Origin: an uncultured Clostridia bacterium
GTDB taxonomy: Bacteria > Bacillota > Clostridia > TANB77 > CAG-508
Reading direction: 5' to 3'
NCBI GenBank assembly: GCA_944392065.1
Contig: CALXVO010000001.1
Coordinates: 1-38,574, forward strand
DNA: 38,574 bases
Numbering within the stretch: position 1 is the first letter of the stretch; each line of letters starts with the position of its first letter. Below the pieces are notes generated by a model. That model made no database searches, had not been told where the DNA came from, and was given only the letters and a program-made list of their open reading frames with translations. Below are positions 1 through 8,662 of the stretch, one piece after another. Made by a program: the position numbers and the translations under genes.

Positions 1-41
1 AGCAAAATTATAATAATTTCTTTTATTACTGATTTTATCAT
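1..41 (-). CDS. Partial CDS (first 13 codons only), the next gene of the pilus-assembly operon; product unknown
   Basis: The ATG is at complement 41-39, 5 nt after a GGAGG (complement of 47-51). The translation MIKSVIKEIIIIL is hydrophobic. The gene runs off the window edge. Confidence 0.3.
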   Translation of the reverse strand, partial: MIKSVIKEIIIIL

Positions 42-62
42 ATTGGCCTCCATTTCCTATAT

Positions 63-701
63 CTAACTAGCTGTATCAGTTTGTGTAGTTGTGGTATCTA
101 CAGATTGTGTAGTATTTTCTATTTTTATTCTAATATTAGTTACATCAAATGTAGCTCTTAGGTTTTCTCCGTCTGGTAATAAATTAAAGTTTTCTATTTT
201 AAAAGCTAATTCGCTGTCATCCTCTAATACCGAAACAAAATCGATAATAGCCACATATTTACCCACTACTGTAAAAGAAAGATTTTTCATGTTTGAATCA
301 TTACTTCCAGTACTTGCATTCAGTACATCCATCCTTATATTGACACCTTTATTTCTTGCATGCCTTCCAACTCTTAGCATTAAATATTCTGTGGTGTAAA
401 TATCTTCTGTATGAGCTTCATCAATTTCACTTTCTGTACTTACATTTGCAATTCTATAATAACTTTCCTTGTTTGTTAATAGAGTATTAATACTTTGCGA
501 TAACTCTGATTTTTTACTTTGTAAATCTCCCTTTATTTTTCTATTAGCTTCTTCTATCTTATTTGTTAAATCACTGTTTAGCTCTATTATTCCCTGTGTA
601 CTAAGAATTTCAAATGTTCCTATTGAAATTCCTTGAAATATAGTGAAAATTGCCAAAACAATTAATAGTATAACTAATATTGAAATTAAAATCTTTCTCA
701 T
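63..701 (-). CDS. PilO-like type IV pilus assembly protein (bitopic membrane protein)
   Basis: This is a 212-aa ORF with one N-terminal TM helix (ILISILVILLIVLAIFTIF) followed by a coiled-coil-like region and a C-terminal domain. It overlaps the upstream PilM/N ORF by 4 nt. Its position after PilM-PilN matches Gram-positive T4P clusters. Confidence 0.55.
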   Translation of the reverse strand: MRKILISILVILLIVLAIFTIFQGISIGTFEILSTQGIIELNSDLTNKIEEANRKIKGDLQSKKSELSQSINTLLTNKESYYRIANVSTESEIDEAHTEDIYTTEYLMLRVGRHARNKGVNIRMDVLNASTGSNDSNMKNLSFTVVGKYVAIIDFVSVLEDDSELAFKIENFNLLPDGENLRATFDVTNIRIKIENTTQSVDTTTTQTDTAS

Positions 702-2317
702 GGCAAATCCCCCTCTATTACAATCTTAACAAATTCACCTTGTTTTTCTCCTTGTGTAGAAACAACATTTGTTAAGATTTGGTCTTCCTTGAGTTTTGCT
801 TTAAAGTAACCAAGTTCATCATAGTATCTTGATTGAGCCCTTATCACAATATGTCTGCTCTCATTATCAGTTGTATTTTCTATTTCTGTTATTTGCACAT
901 CTTTTGGTATTACTGTCATTATCTTCATTAATAGATTTGGAATGGATCCTTTTAAGCTCAAATTATTTTGAATTTCTGCATTAATATTAATTAGCTCTTC
1001 TTCCATTTCTTTATACTTATTTGCTTTTTCATCTATTTTGCTGATATCACTTTCCACAGCTGCGATTTGAGTATCTGTATATGAACTTACTTCTTCTGCT
1101 TCTTCTATTTTTTCATTTATTTTTGTGTCTAAATAAAATGCAAAGCCAGAGTATAGTAATGTTAGCATAAGAACTCCAGCAGCTCCCCTTAAAAGCCATC
1201 TTTCTGTAGCATCAAATTTTCCAGACAAACTAAAATTAATTTTTTTCTTTTCTTTTTGATTTTTGTTACCTAAACTCACATCTATTTTTAGCCAATCTGG
1301 TAATTGGTCCACAAGGCTTGGTTTCTTAAAATTCATATTTTTTATTCCATATCCCAATCCTTGCATTGCAATTGCTATAGCTGAGTTTACTTCAATATAA
1401 TCTTTTATATTTATTTTTATATTTTCTGATACAAAATATGGTTTTAATATTTCACATCTTTCTGTTTGAAAAAATTCTTGGAAATATAAATCAATATTAT
1501 TAACAACTGACATAATTCCAGTAATATAAATTTTATCAAACTTTATTGTTAGATTTGCAACATACTCTTGTACTTTAGTAACTATTTTATACAGAGTTGG
1601 CATTATATAGTCAAGATATTCATTTTGTTCATCTTGTAGCTCCTTGCCTTCCATTGTATATATAGTAGAATTTTTACAAATTTCATATGCTTTAGAGTAC
1701 GAATTTTCTTTGCTTACTATTTTGCTTAATATTTCTCCTGAACCTTCTTCTAATTTATCTACATTATATATTTTTTGATTTACTATACTAGTTATTGTAG
1801 TACCCTCTTCAATATTTACTATAATCATATTTTCTTTTGGATTAATAGAAGCCACATTGGCTATTGCTGTTCCAATTGGCGTTATAGTTGATACTTTATA
1901 ATCATTTACTAGTTGCAATAATTTTGTTATAGACGATTTATTGGTCGAAACATGTATAACTTTAAGCTTGTCCCTGTCATCTAAATCATTTGATAATGCG
2001 AATCTTGTTTCGAAAGCATTTTTGTTTAGTTTTTTTTCATAACAGTATGATTCAAATTCTGTATCGATAGCTTTTTTCAAATCGTTCTTATTTAATAAGC
2101 TAAACATAGAAAAATAATTGTATATTTCTTCAGACAGATTTATACTTATTGGTATATTATAACTAAATGTTTCTGAAACTATTTGGCTAATTGCATCCCC
2201 TACTTTTTCATAAAACTTTATTCCGAAAGATTCAATCTTCAAAGCTTCACGTTCTTTAGTAACTTTTGCATATTTAATTACATTATTTTCTATATATAAT
2301 CCTAAACAGCTTGACAT
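698..2317 (-). CDS. pilMN: Fused PilM-PilN type IV pilus assembly protein (actin-like ATPase-fold domain, one TM helix, coiled-coil PilN-like tail)
   Basis: This is a 539-aa ORF. The N-terminal ~330 aa resemble PilM/FtsA-like proteins (CLGLYIENNVIKYAKV...). A central TM helix (WLLRGAAGVLMLTLLYSGFAFYL) is followed by a coiled-coil and C-terminal domain typical of PilN. Confidence 0.75.
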   Translation of the reverse strand: MSSCLGLYIENNVIKYAKVTKEREALKIESFGIKFYEKVGDAISQIVSETFSYNIPISINLSEEIYNYFSMFSLLNKNDLKKAIDTEFESYCYEKKLNKNAFETRFALSNDLDDRDKLKVIHVSTNKSSITKLLQLVNDYKVSTITPIGTAIANVASINPKENMIIVNIEEGTTITSIVNQKIYNVDKLEEGSGEILSKIVSKENSYSKAYEICKNSTIYTMEGKELQDEQNEYLDYIMPTLYKIVTKVQEYVANLTIKFDKIYITGIMSVVNNIDLYFQEFFQTERCEILKPYFVSENIKINIKDYIEVNSAIAIAMQGLGYGIKNMNFKKPSLVDQLPDWLKIDVSLGNKNQKEKKKINFSLSGKFDATERWLLRGAAGVLMLTLLYSGFAFYLDTKINEKIEEAEEVSSYTDTQIAAVESDISKIDEKANKYKEMEEELININAEIQNNLSLKGSIPNLLMKIMTVIPKDVQITEIENTTDNESRHIVIRAQSRYYDELGYFKAKLKEDQILTNVVSTQGEKQGEFVKIVIEGDLP

Positions 2318-2434
2318 TTTATTCTCCTTCGTTTTTTATTTATACCATTATTATATTTTGCAAAATGTAATAAATAATACTTGTATTTTTTTCCTTTTAA
2401 CAATCTACTACAATATAATTCTAGTTCTTATATT

Positions 2435-2462
2435 ATTTTATCTTTTTTTAAGAAAAAGTCAA
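2435..2462 (-). promoter_or_regulatory. Candidate sigma-A promoter for pilMN (TTGACT-16-TAAAAT)
   Basis: On the minus strand, TTGACT is the complement of 2457-2462 and TAAAAT the complement of 2435-2440, with a 16-nt spacer. The promoter lies about 120 nt upstream of the pilMN start. Confidence 0.35.
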
Positions 2463-2488
2463 TATTTCTCAAAACATTTAATACAAAT

Positions 2489-2520
2489 GTAATATTTTTG
2501 TAATATTTTTGTAATATTTC
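2489..2520. repeat. Three tandem copies of an 11-nt unit (GTAATATTTTT), phased at one helical turn, upstream of the pilMN -35
   Basis: Direct reading gives gtaatattttt at 2489-2499 and again at 2500-2510, then gtaatatttc at 2511-2520. Confidence 0.6.
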
Positions 2521-2545
2521 CAAGATTTGTATTTCTAAAATTGAA

Positions 2546-3355
2546 TTAAAATCCTCTTATAAATGCAAAAATTAAAATTATAATTCCAAAAATTACTCTG
2601 TATATAGCAAAAATCTTGAAACTTCCTTTTTGTAAATATTTTAATAGCCATTTTATCACTATAATTCCTACTAAAAAACTCGCAAGTATTCCTATAAAAA
2701 ATGGAACACTAAATACAAAATCTTTTATTTTAAAAATAGTTGCTGCAAAAACTATTGGAGCAGAAAGCATAAAAGAGTACCTAGCACTAGACTCTCTGTC
2801 TACTCCCATCGCTCTTCCTGTAGTCATTGTGACTCCGGATCTAGAAACTCCCGGAATAAAAGCTAAACATTGAGAAAGTCCTATTAAAAATGTCTGTTTA
2901 AAACTCATGTGTTCATAGTCTGTAGTAACTTTTGATTTTTTATCAACAAAATAAAGTATTATGCCCATTATAATTAATGCAATAGCAATAATTACAGGTT
3001 TTTTTAAAGTATCTCCTACAAATGTGTCTAGTAAAAGTCCTATTATTCCCCCTGGTATAGTAGCAATAACCAAATACCAAAACATTTTGCCTTCTGTGGT
3101 CTTTTTCTTTTTTACTACTTGATTATACCCACCAACAAATAATTGTATCCAGTCTTTAAAAAAGAATAACCCTATTGCTAAAAATGTTCCAAAGTGAAGT
3201 GCCACGTCAAAACCTTCAAAATCTGCTACAAAATTAGGATTATTAGTCCAATTAAAAAGCCATGGTATAATATCTAGATGCCCCGAACTAGATATTGGAA
3301 GCAATTCAGTTAATCCTTGTATAATCCCCAATATTAATGCTTGAAAAATTGTCAT
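2546..3355 (-). CDS. uppP: Undecaprenyl-diphosphatase (BacA/UppP)
   Basis: The N-terminus MTIFQALILGIIQGLTELLPISSSGHL is characteristic of UppP, the protein is polytopic throughout, and a PGVSRSG motif is present. I moved the start to the internal ATG at 3355, which follows AGGAAGGA. The track ORF extends to 3394. Confidence 0.9.
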   Translation of the reverse strand: MTIFQALILGIIQGLTELLPISSSGHLDIIPWLFNWTNNPNFVADFEGFDVALHFGTFLAIGLFFFKDWIQLFVGGYNQVVKKKKTTEGKMFWYLVIATIPGGIIGLLLDTFVGDTLKKPVIIAIALIIMGIILYFVDKKSKVTTDYEHMSFKQTFLIGLSQCLAFIPGVSRSGVTMTTGRAMGVDRESSARYSFMLSAPIVFAATIFKIKDFVFSVPFFIGILASFLVGIIVIKWLLKYLQKGSFKIFAIYRVIFGIIILIFAFIRGF

Positions 3356-3438
3356 TATTCTTTTCCTTCCTTTCATTCTTATTTCCAAATTCATTTCATT
3401 TTTAAAATTTCATACTTATTATAAATTAAAGTTTTTTC

Positions 3439-4365
3439 TTAATCAATATTTTTACTTCTCAAATTTTTATCAATTACTTCTTTTATGTATTTAGCTGCAG
3501 TTTTAGGCATCTCTTTACCTGGTATTCCAAGAGCTGTAATTATTTTAATTTGTTTGCTTTTCGCATATTCTTTATCTACCCCTCCCGGATTTGATGCTAC
3601 ATCAATTATAAGCACATCACTTATAAAGGAATCTAGTTCCCTTTTCTTTAATACTAATGTAGGTACAGTATTTATAATAATGTCTATTTTTTCTCCTATT
3701 TCCGGAATATCATTGTAGGTAAGGGGAGTATAGCCTTCTTCCCTTATCCATGTTAAATCTGTTTCTTTTCTTGCCACGCAATACACACTAGCACCAAGTG
3801 CTTTAAATCTATTGCAAAGTATTTTTCCAATTCTTCCAAATCCACAAACTAGTACATTACTTTCATGAATTGTTTCTTCTCTTTCTTCTATAGCTATTCT
3901 AATGGTTCCTTCCGCTGTTGGAATTGCATTTAAAATTGTGAGCTTTTCATTTTCTAATAAATCGATATTATTTATTTTTCCATTATAAAATTCTTGTGGA
4001 ATTCCACCGGCTATAAAGTTTTTACCACTAATTTCATCTTTTAATTCCTGAATTTTTATTTTTTCTTTAGCAAATGGTGAATTTACATAAATATCATCCT
4101 TTGAAAAAGGCATGCTGCTTATAACTATATCCGTCATACTAACTGCTTCGCTTATACTACTACATAACAATATATCTTTATAATTTATTTCTGTATTTTC
4201 CTCTTTTATCTTATTTTTTAATCCATCATTACTGACCAATTTACCTTCCAAAAAATACTTTTCTAAGCCATATGTATATACTCGATTTCCTTCTTTCGCA
4301 TACATTTCTGCTAATCTTATAATTCTTAAATCTCCACCAATCATACAGATATTCAAAAAAATCAC
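3439..4365 (-). CDS. dpaA: Dipicolinate synthase subunit A-like protein (DpaA/SpoVFA family, NAD(P)-binding Rossmann domain)
   Basis: The N-terminal MIGGDLRIIRL and the central NAIPTAEGTI...VLVCGFGRIGK...INTVP...DVASNPGG..ALGIPGK motifs align by eye with B. subtilis SpoVFA. The start codon is uncertain: the track uses a GTG at 4365. Confidence 0.7.
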   Translation of the reverse strand: MIFLNICMIGGDLRIIRLAEMYAKEGNRVYTYGLEKYFLEGKLVSNDGLKNKIKEENTEINYKDILLCSSISEAVSMTDIVISSMPFSKDDIYVNSPFAKEKIKIQELKDEISGKNFIAGGIPQEFYNGKINNIDLLENEKLTILNAIPTAEGTIRIAIEEREETIHESNVLVCGFGRIGKILCNRFKALGASVYCVARKETDLTWIREEGYTPLTYNDIPEIGEKIDIIINTVPTLVLKKRELDSFISDVLIIDVASNPGGVDKEYAKSKQIKIITALGIPGKEMPKTAAKYIKEVIDKNLRSKNID

Positions 4366-4483
4366 ATCCTCATATAATATTTATATAATTATATGAAGAT
4401 AGCATGTACATTATATTTTATACTTCTGTTTTGCTCATGTCCTTTTTACATTATTTTATTGGATTCTTCCTTTATATCTAATA

Positions 4484-5692
4484 TTAGCCCTCCCTTTGTT
4501 TTTCTTTTACTTCTCTTTCTTTCTCTTTTAGATTTTTCATTATAGATAAATCATCATTATTAAGACTACTAATTAAAGAGCATGTTTTAGATAAATGATT
4601 TAATGCTTTACGTTCTTTTACTAAAAGTTTTGTCTTTTTTCTTTCCTCTATTTTAGCCCTTTCAGGTTTTTTTATTGCGTTTTTTATTGGAATAAATACA
4701 GGCTCTTTTTGTACTTTGTCATATATTTTTGGATCCAATTCAACAGCAATATTCATATAATTTGTTGCTTTTTCTTTATCCCCCTTAAGAATTGCTACTT
4801 GCGATAAGTAATAGTACGAACCAGCTTCTATATCTTCACCTTTAATGCTTTCTTTAAAAAATCTTTCTGCTTCATCTAAATCTCCTGCAATTAATGCGAT
4901 TTGTCCTATACTTAACTTAGCATTATATAGAAACGAATTAATTTCAGCTGCTTTCTGATAAAACTCTTTTGCTCTTTGAAAATCATTTACCATTGTATAC
5001 ACCATCCCTAAGTTGTAATATAAATCATAATTGCCCGGATTATATCTTAAAGCATTCATATATACATTTATGGCTTCTTTGTATCTTTCTTGAGTATATA
5101 ATATCTCTCCTAATAAATTAGTAGCATTATAATATTCAGGATTATTCTTTAATATGTCTTGAAGAGCTGTTATTGCTTCTTCCGGTCTTTTATCTTTATT
5201 TAATAATCTTGCTATATTATAATTTAATTTTATATCTTTATTATCTATCTCCGATGCACGAATATACTCATCAACTGCTATAGAATATTTTTCTTCTCTC
5301 TCATAAACCTCTGCTAAAGTTTTATGTCCAATATAACTTTCTGGATATTTATTTATTAATTTAAATAAATAATCTTTAGCTTGCTCTGTATTTCCTGATT
5401 TTAGAGCGATTTTAGCTAAAATTATATTCAATATTTCCGGGAAATCAACTTTTTTCTTATATTCTATTAATAATATAATTCCTGGTATTATTATAGACAA
5501 AATGTAAATGCATATTCTAAAAAACAAATTCAAATGAATATTAAAAAACAATTCAATAAAATTTATTACAATACCTAAAAATTCCAAACCTAAAATATAA
5601 ACATAGCTTGTATCATTTTTTTTAATAAATTTGCCAAATACCACTATAAAAATAGCAAATGCCAATAAATTAAATATTATTTTTTCGATCAA
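4484..5692 (-). CDS. Membrane-anchored tetratricopeptide-repeat (TPR) protein
   Basis: This 402-aa ORF has three N-terminal hydrophobic helices. Repeated 34-aa TPR-like units follow (AxxYLxKALxxxP..., YYNLGMVY, AKEFYQKAAEIN). The tail is rich in Lys and Glu. Confidence 0.7.
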   Translation of the reverse strand: MIEKIIFNLLAFAIFIVVFGKFIKKNDTSYVYILGLEFLGIVINFIELFFNIHLNLFFRICIYILSIIIPGIILLIEYKKKVDFPEILNIILAKIALKSGNTEQAKDYLFKLINKYPESYIGHKTLAEVYEREEKYSIAVDEYIRASEIDNKDIKLNYNIARLLNKDKRPEEAITALQDILKNNPEYYNATNLLGEILYTQERYKEAINVYMNALRYNPGNYDLYYNLGMVYTMVNDFQRAKEFYQKAAEINSFLYNAKLSIGQIALIAGDLDEAERFFKESIKGEDIEAGSYYYLSQVAILKGDKEKATNYMNIAVELDPKIYDKVQKEPVFIPIKNAIKKPERAKIEERKKTKLLVKERKALNHLSKTCSLISSLNNDDLSIMKNLKEKEREVKEKQREG

Positions 5693-5713
5693 ACTTTTTC
5701 ACCTCTCTTGAAC

Positions 5714-6274
5714 TTAGGCAGATGGAACTACTGCCTTTTGTCCAAACTTTTCTTCATATTTTTTCATGCATTTTTCTATAATTCTTTCTGCATCATCTCT
5801 TCCAAGCATTCTATCTACGGTTGTTGTTTTCCCTTCTAGTTGCTTGTATACTTCAAAAAAATGCTTTATCTCATCTGATATATGATTTGGAAGTGCAGAT
5901 ATATCATTGTATACATTTAAATATGGATCTTTTTTAGATATTGCAATTATTTTTTCATCTTCTTCACCACTATCATTCATAATGAGTACACCTATCGGAT
6001 AACATTCTACTAAAGTAAGTGGTTGTATTTGTTCATTACACAATATTAAAACATCTAAAGGATCATTATCTTCTGCATATGTAAGTGGAATAAATCCATA
6101 ATTAGTTGGATAATGTGTTGCTGTGTAAAGTACTCTATCTAATTTAAGCATTCCTGTTTCTTTATCCAATTCATATTTATTTGTTCCACCCTTTGGTATT
6201 TCTACCACTCCAATAAAATCATTTTTGCTTATTCTATCTTTTTTTATATCATGCCAAATGTTCATTTTTATCAT
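5714..6274 (-). CDS. ppa: Family I soluble inorganic pyrophosphatase
   Basis: This is a 186-aa ORF carrying the family motifs VVEIPKGGTNKYELDK, YGFIP and DNDPLDVLIL. Confidence 0.9.
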   Translation of the reverse strand: MIKMNIWHDIKKDRISKNDFIGVVEIPKGGTNKYELDKETGMLKLDRVLYTATHYPTNYGFIPLTYAEDNDPLDVLILCNEQIQPLTLVECYPIGVLIMNDSGEEDEKIIAISKKDPYLNVYNDISALPNHISDEIKHFFEVYKQLEGKTTTVDRMLGRDDAERIIEKCMKKYEEKFGQKAVVPSA

Positions 6275-6303
6275 TCCTTACTTTATATTATTCTTAAACT
6301 ATT

Positions 6304-8643
6304 TTATAAGTTTTTTAATTTTTCTTCTGCCTTCTTAACTGCTTCTCTTTCATCCCAGAAATATTGTACTCCCTTAATTTCTTGGTATTGCTCATGTCCT
6401 TTTCCTATAAGAAGTATTATATCTCCTTCCTCAGCATTCTTCATTGCATATTCTATGGCTTCTTGTCTGTCATCTATTGTTATATATTTTCCACTACTTC
6501 TATTTAGTCCAATAATTATATCATTGTTAATAGATTCTAATTTTTCGAAACGAGGGTTGTCTTCTGTAAGAATTGTAAGCCCTGCATATTTGCCAGATAT
6601 TTCTCCCATGTCATATCTTCTCGATTTAGCTCTATTTCCTCCTCCACCAAAGATACAAACAATTCTCTTAGGTTTGTATTCCTTAATAGTTTTCATTAGA
6701 TTTATCATTTCATCTTCATTATGTGCATAATCTACTATAAGTTTGAATTTTTTATTGGAAACAACTAATTCCATTCTTCCTTTTACATAAGCTTCTCTCA
6801 AAGCCTTTTTCATAGATTCTACATTTACTCCTAATTCATTTGCAATTGTTATTGCACATAAAGAATTATATACAGAAAATCTTCCTGGAATTGCAACTTC
6901 AAATTTATCATTTATTTTTCCTGTTACTTCAAACCCCATTCCAAGAAAATCATGTGTCATAATAAATTCTATATTACTTGCTCTCATATCAGTATCTTCA
7001 GAATTTAAGCCAAATTTTACTAAACTACAAGTGTGATTTTTAGTTACATTTTTCCAGTTCTTATCATCCACATTTATTATTCCCTTTTTACATTTTTGGA
7101 ATAATAAGCTTTTACAATACATATATTCCTCAAAGCTTTCATGCTCATTTGGTCCAATATGCTCATTTGAAATATTGGTAAATACACCATAATCAAATGT
7201 AAATCCGTCAACTCTGTTCATTTTTAATCCTTGAGAAGATACCTCCATAATAGCATATTTGCAACCTTCATCTACCATTTTACTAAATAATTTCTGTACT
7301 TCGTAATTCTCTGGCGTAGTATTGTGAAGTACTATTTTTGTTTGATCAATAAATGCACCTATTGTACCTATTAAGCCAACTCTATTACCATCTTCTTCTA
7401 GCATTTTCTTTAAAATACTTGTTGTAGATGTTTTTCCAGCCGTTCCAGTTACTCCTATCGTAATTAATTTTTCTGCTGGATAGTCAAAATATGTTGCTGA
7501 AATATATGCCATTGCTATTCTTGATGATTTAACCTTTATAACCGTAACATCTTCTTCAACTTCAATATCTTGTTCTATTACTATAGCTTTTGCACCTTTT
7601 TTTATCGCATCTGGTATAAATTTATGCGAATTAGAAGTAGTTCCTACTTTTGCAATATATAAGTCATTTTCTTCAACTTTTCTGGAATCATCTTTTATGT
7701 CTGCAATATTTACATCCAAACTGCCTTTTATCAATTCATAATCCACATTTTCTAGTAATTTTGTTAATTTCTTTACTCGATTTGCTTTTTTATGAATAAT
7801 ATTATCGACATCAATTTCAGATTCAAATACCGTATGAGATGGACCTTTCATAAACATCGTACCTGTTTCTTCATCCCAATTTGTTTCCAATATTCCACCA
7901 ATTTGATGTACTTCTACTTTTCTATCACATCTTCCGGTTAAAACTGCTGCAACTGTAGCAGTACAACAACCTGTTCCACATCCTATGGTTTCTCCAGTTC
8001 CTCTTTCCCATTCTCTCATTTTTAGTGTATTTCTATCAATCACTTGTGCAAAAGTAACATTTGTCTTGTTAGGAAATAAGTCTGTCTTATATTCTATGGC
8101 TTTTCCATATTTTTCTACATCAAAATTGTCTACATCATCTATAAACATTACACAGTGAGGATTTCCCCAAGATACAGCTGTTATTTTAAATTTTTTATCT
8201 AATATAGTAACTTCTTGTTCTATAAACTCTGGTAAATCTGTATTTACTGGTATTTTTCTTGTATCTAGTACAGGCTTTCCTATATTTGCCTCTATATTTA
8301 CAGCTTGTCCATCTTTAACTGTTAATTTTACATGTTGAATTCCTCCAAGTGTTTCAATGGTTAACTCCTCTTTATTTGTTAATTTGTGGTCATATACATA
8401 TTTACTTAAAGACCTTAAAGCATTGCCACACATTTCTCCCTCTGTTCCGTCCGGGTTAAACATTCTCATTCTAAAATCTGCTACATCTGATTTACAGATT
8501 AAAACTAATCCATCTGAGCCTACTCCAAAATGACGATTGCTTATATATTTTGCTAGCTCATTTACATTATCAATCTTTTGGTTAATGGCATCGATGTACA
8601 CGTAATCGTTACCATATGCTTGCATTTTCGTAAAACGTGTCAT
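6304..8643 (-). CDS. In-frame fusion of diaminopimelate epimerase (DapF, N-terminal ~285 aa) and UDP-MurNAc-L-Ala-D-Glu:meso-DAP ligase (MurE, C-terminal ~485 aa)
   Basis: The DapF part shows MQAYGNDYVYID and both catalytic Cys motifs (EMCGNA, GCGTG). The MurE part shows the N-terminal KLTKLLENVDYELIKG, the P-loop GVTGTAGKTSTT and DNPR (complement of 6550-6561). I placed the start at the ATG at 8643, which lies 8 nt after AAGGAG. The track begins at a GTG at 8652. Confidence 0.85.
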   Translation of the reverse strand: MTRFTKMQAYGNDYVYIDAINQKIDNVNELAKYISNRHFGVGSDGLVLICKSDVADFRMRMFNPDGTEGEMCGNALRSLSKYVYDHKLTNKEELTIETLGGIQHVKLTVKDGQAVNIEANIGKPVLDTRKIPVNTDLPEFIEQEVTILDKKFKITAVSWGNPHCVMFIDDVDNFDVEKYGKAIEYKTDLFPNKTNVTFAQVIDRNTLKMREWERGTGETIGCGTGCCTATVAAVLTGRCDRKVEVHQIGGILETNWDEETGTMFMKGPSHTVFESEIDVDNIIHKKANRVKKLTKLLENVDYELIKGSLDVNIADIKDDSRKVEENDLYIAKVGTTSNSHKFIPDAIKKGAKAIVIEQDIEVEEDVTVIKVKSSRIAMAYISATYFDYPAEKLITIGVTGTAGKTSTTSILKKMLEEDGNRVGLIGTIGAFIDQTKIVLHNTTPENYEVQKLFSKMVDEGCKYAIMEVSSQGLKMNRVDGFTFDYGVFTNISNEHIGPNEHESFEEYMYCKSLLFQKCKKGIINVDDKNWKNVTKNHTCSLVKFGLNSEDTDMRASNIEFIMTHDFLGMGFEVTGKINDKFEVAIPGRFSVYNSLCAITIANELGVNVESMKKALREAYVKGRMELVVSNKKFKLIVDYAHNEDEMINLMKTIKEYKPKRIVCIFGGGGNRAKSRRYDMGEISGKYAGLTILTEDNPRFEKLESINNDIIIGLNRSSGKYITIDDRQEAIEYAMKNAEEGDIILLIGKGHEQYQEIKGVQYFWDEREAVKKAEEKLKNL

Positions 8644-8662
8644 GCTTTTCACTCCTTTTTCA

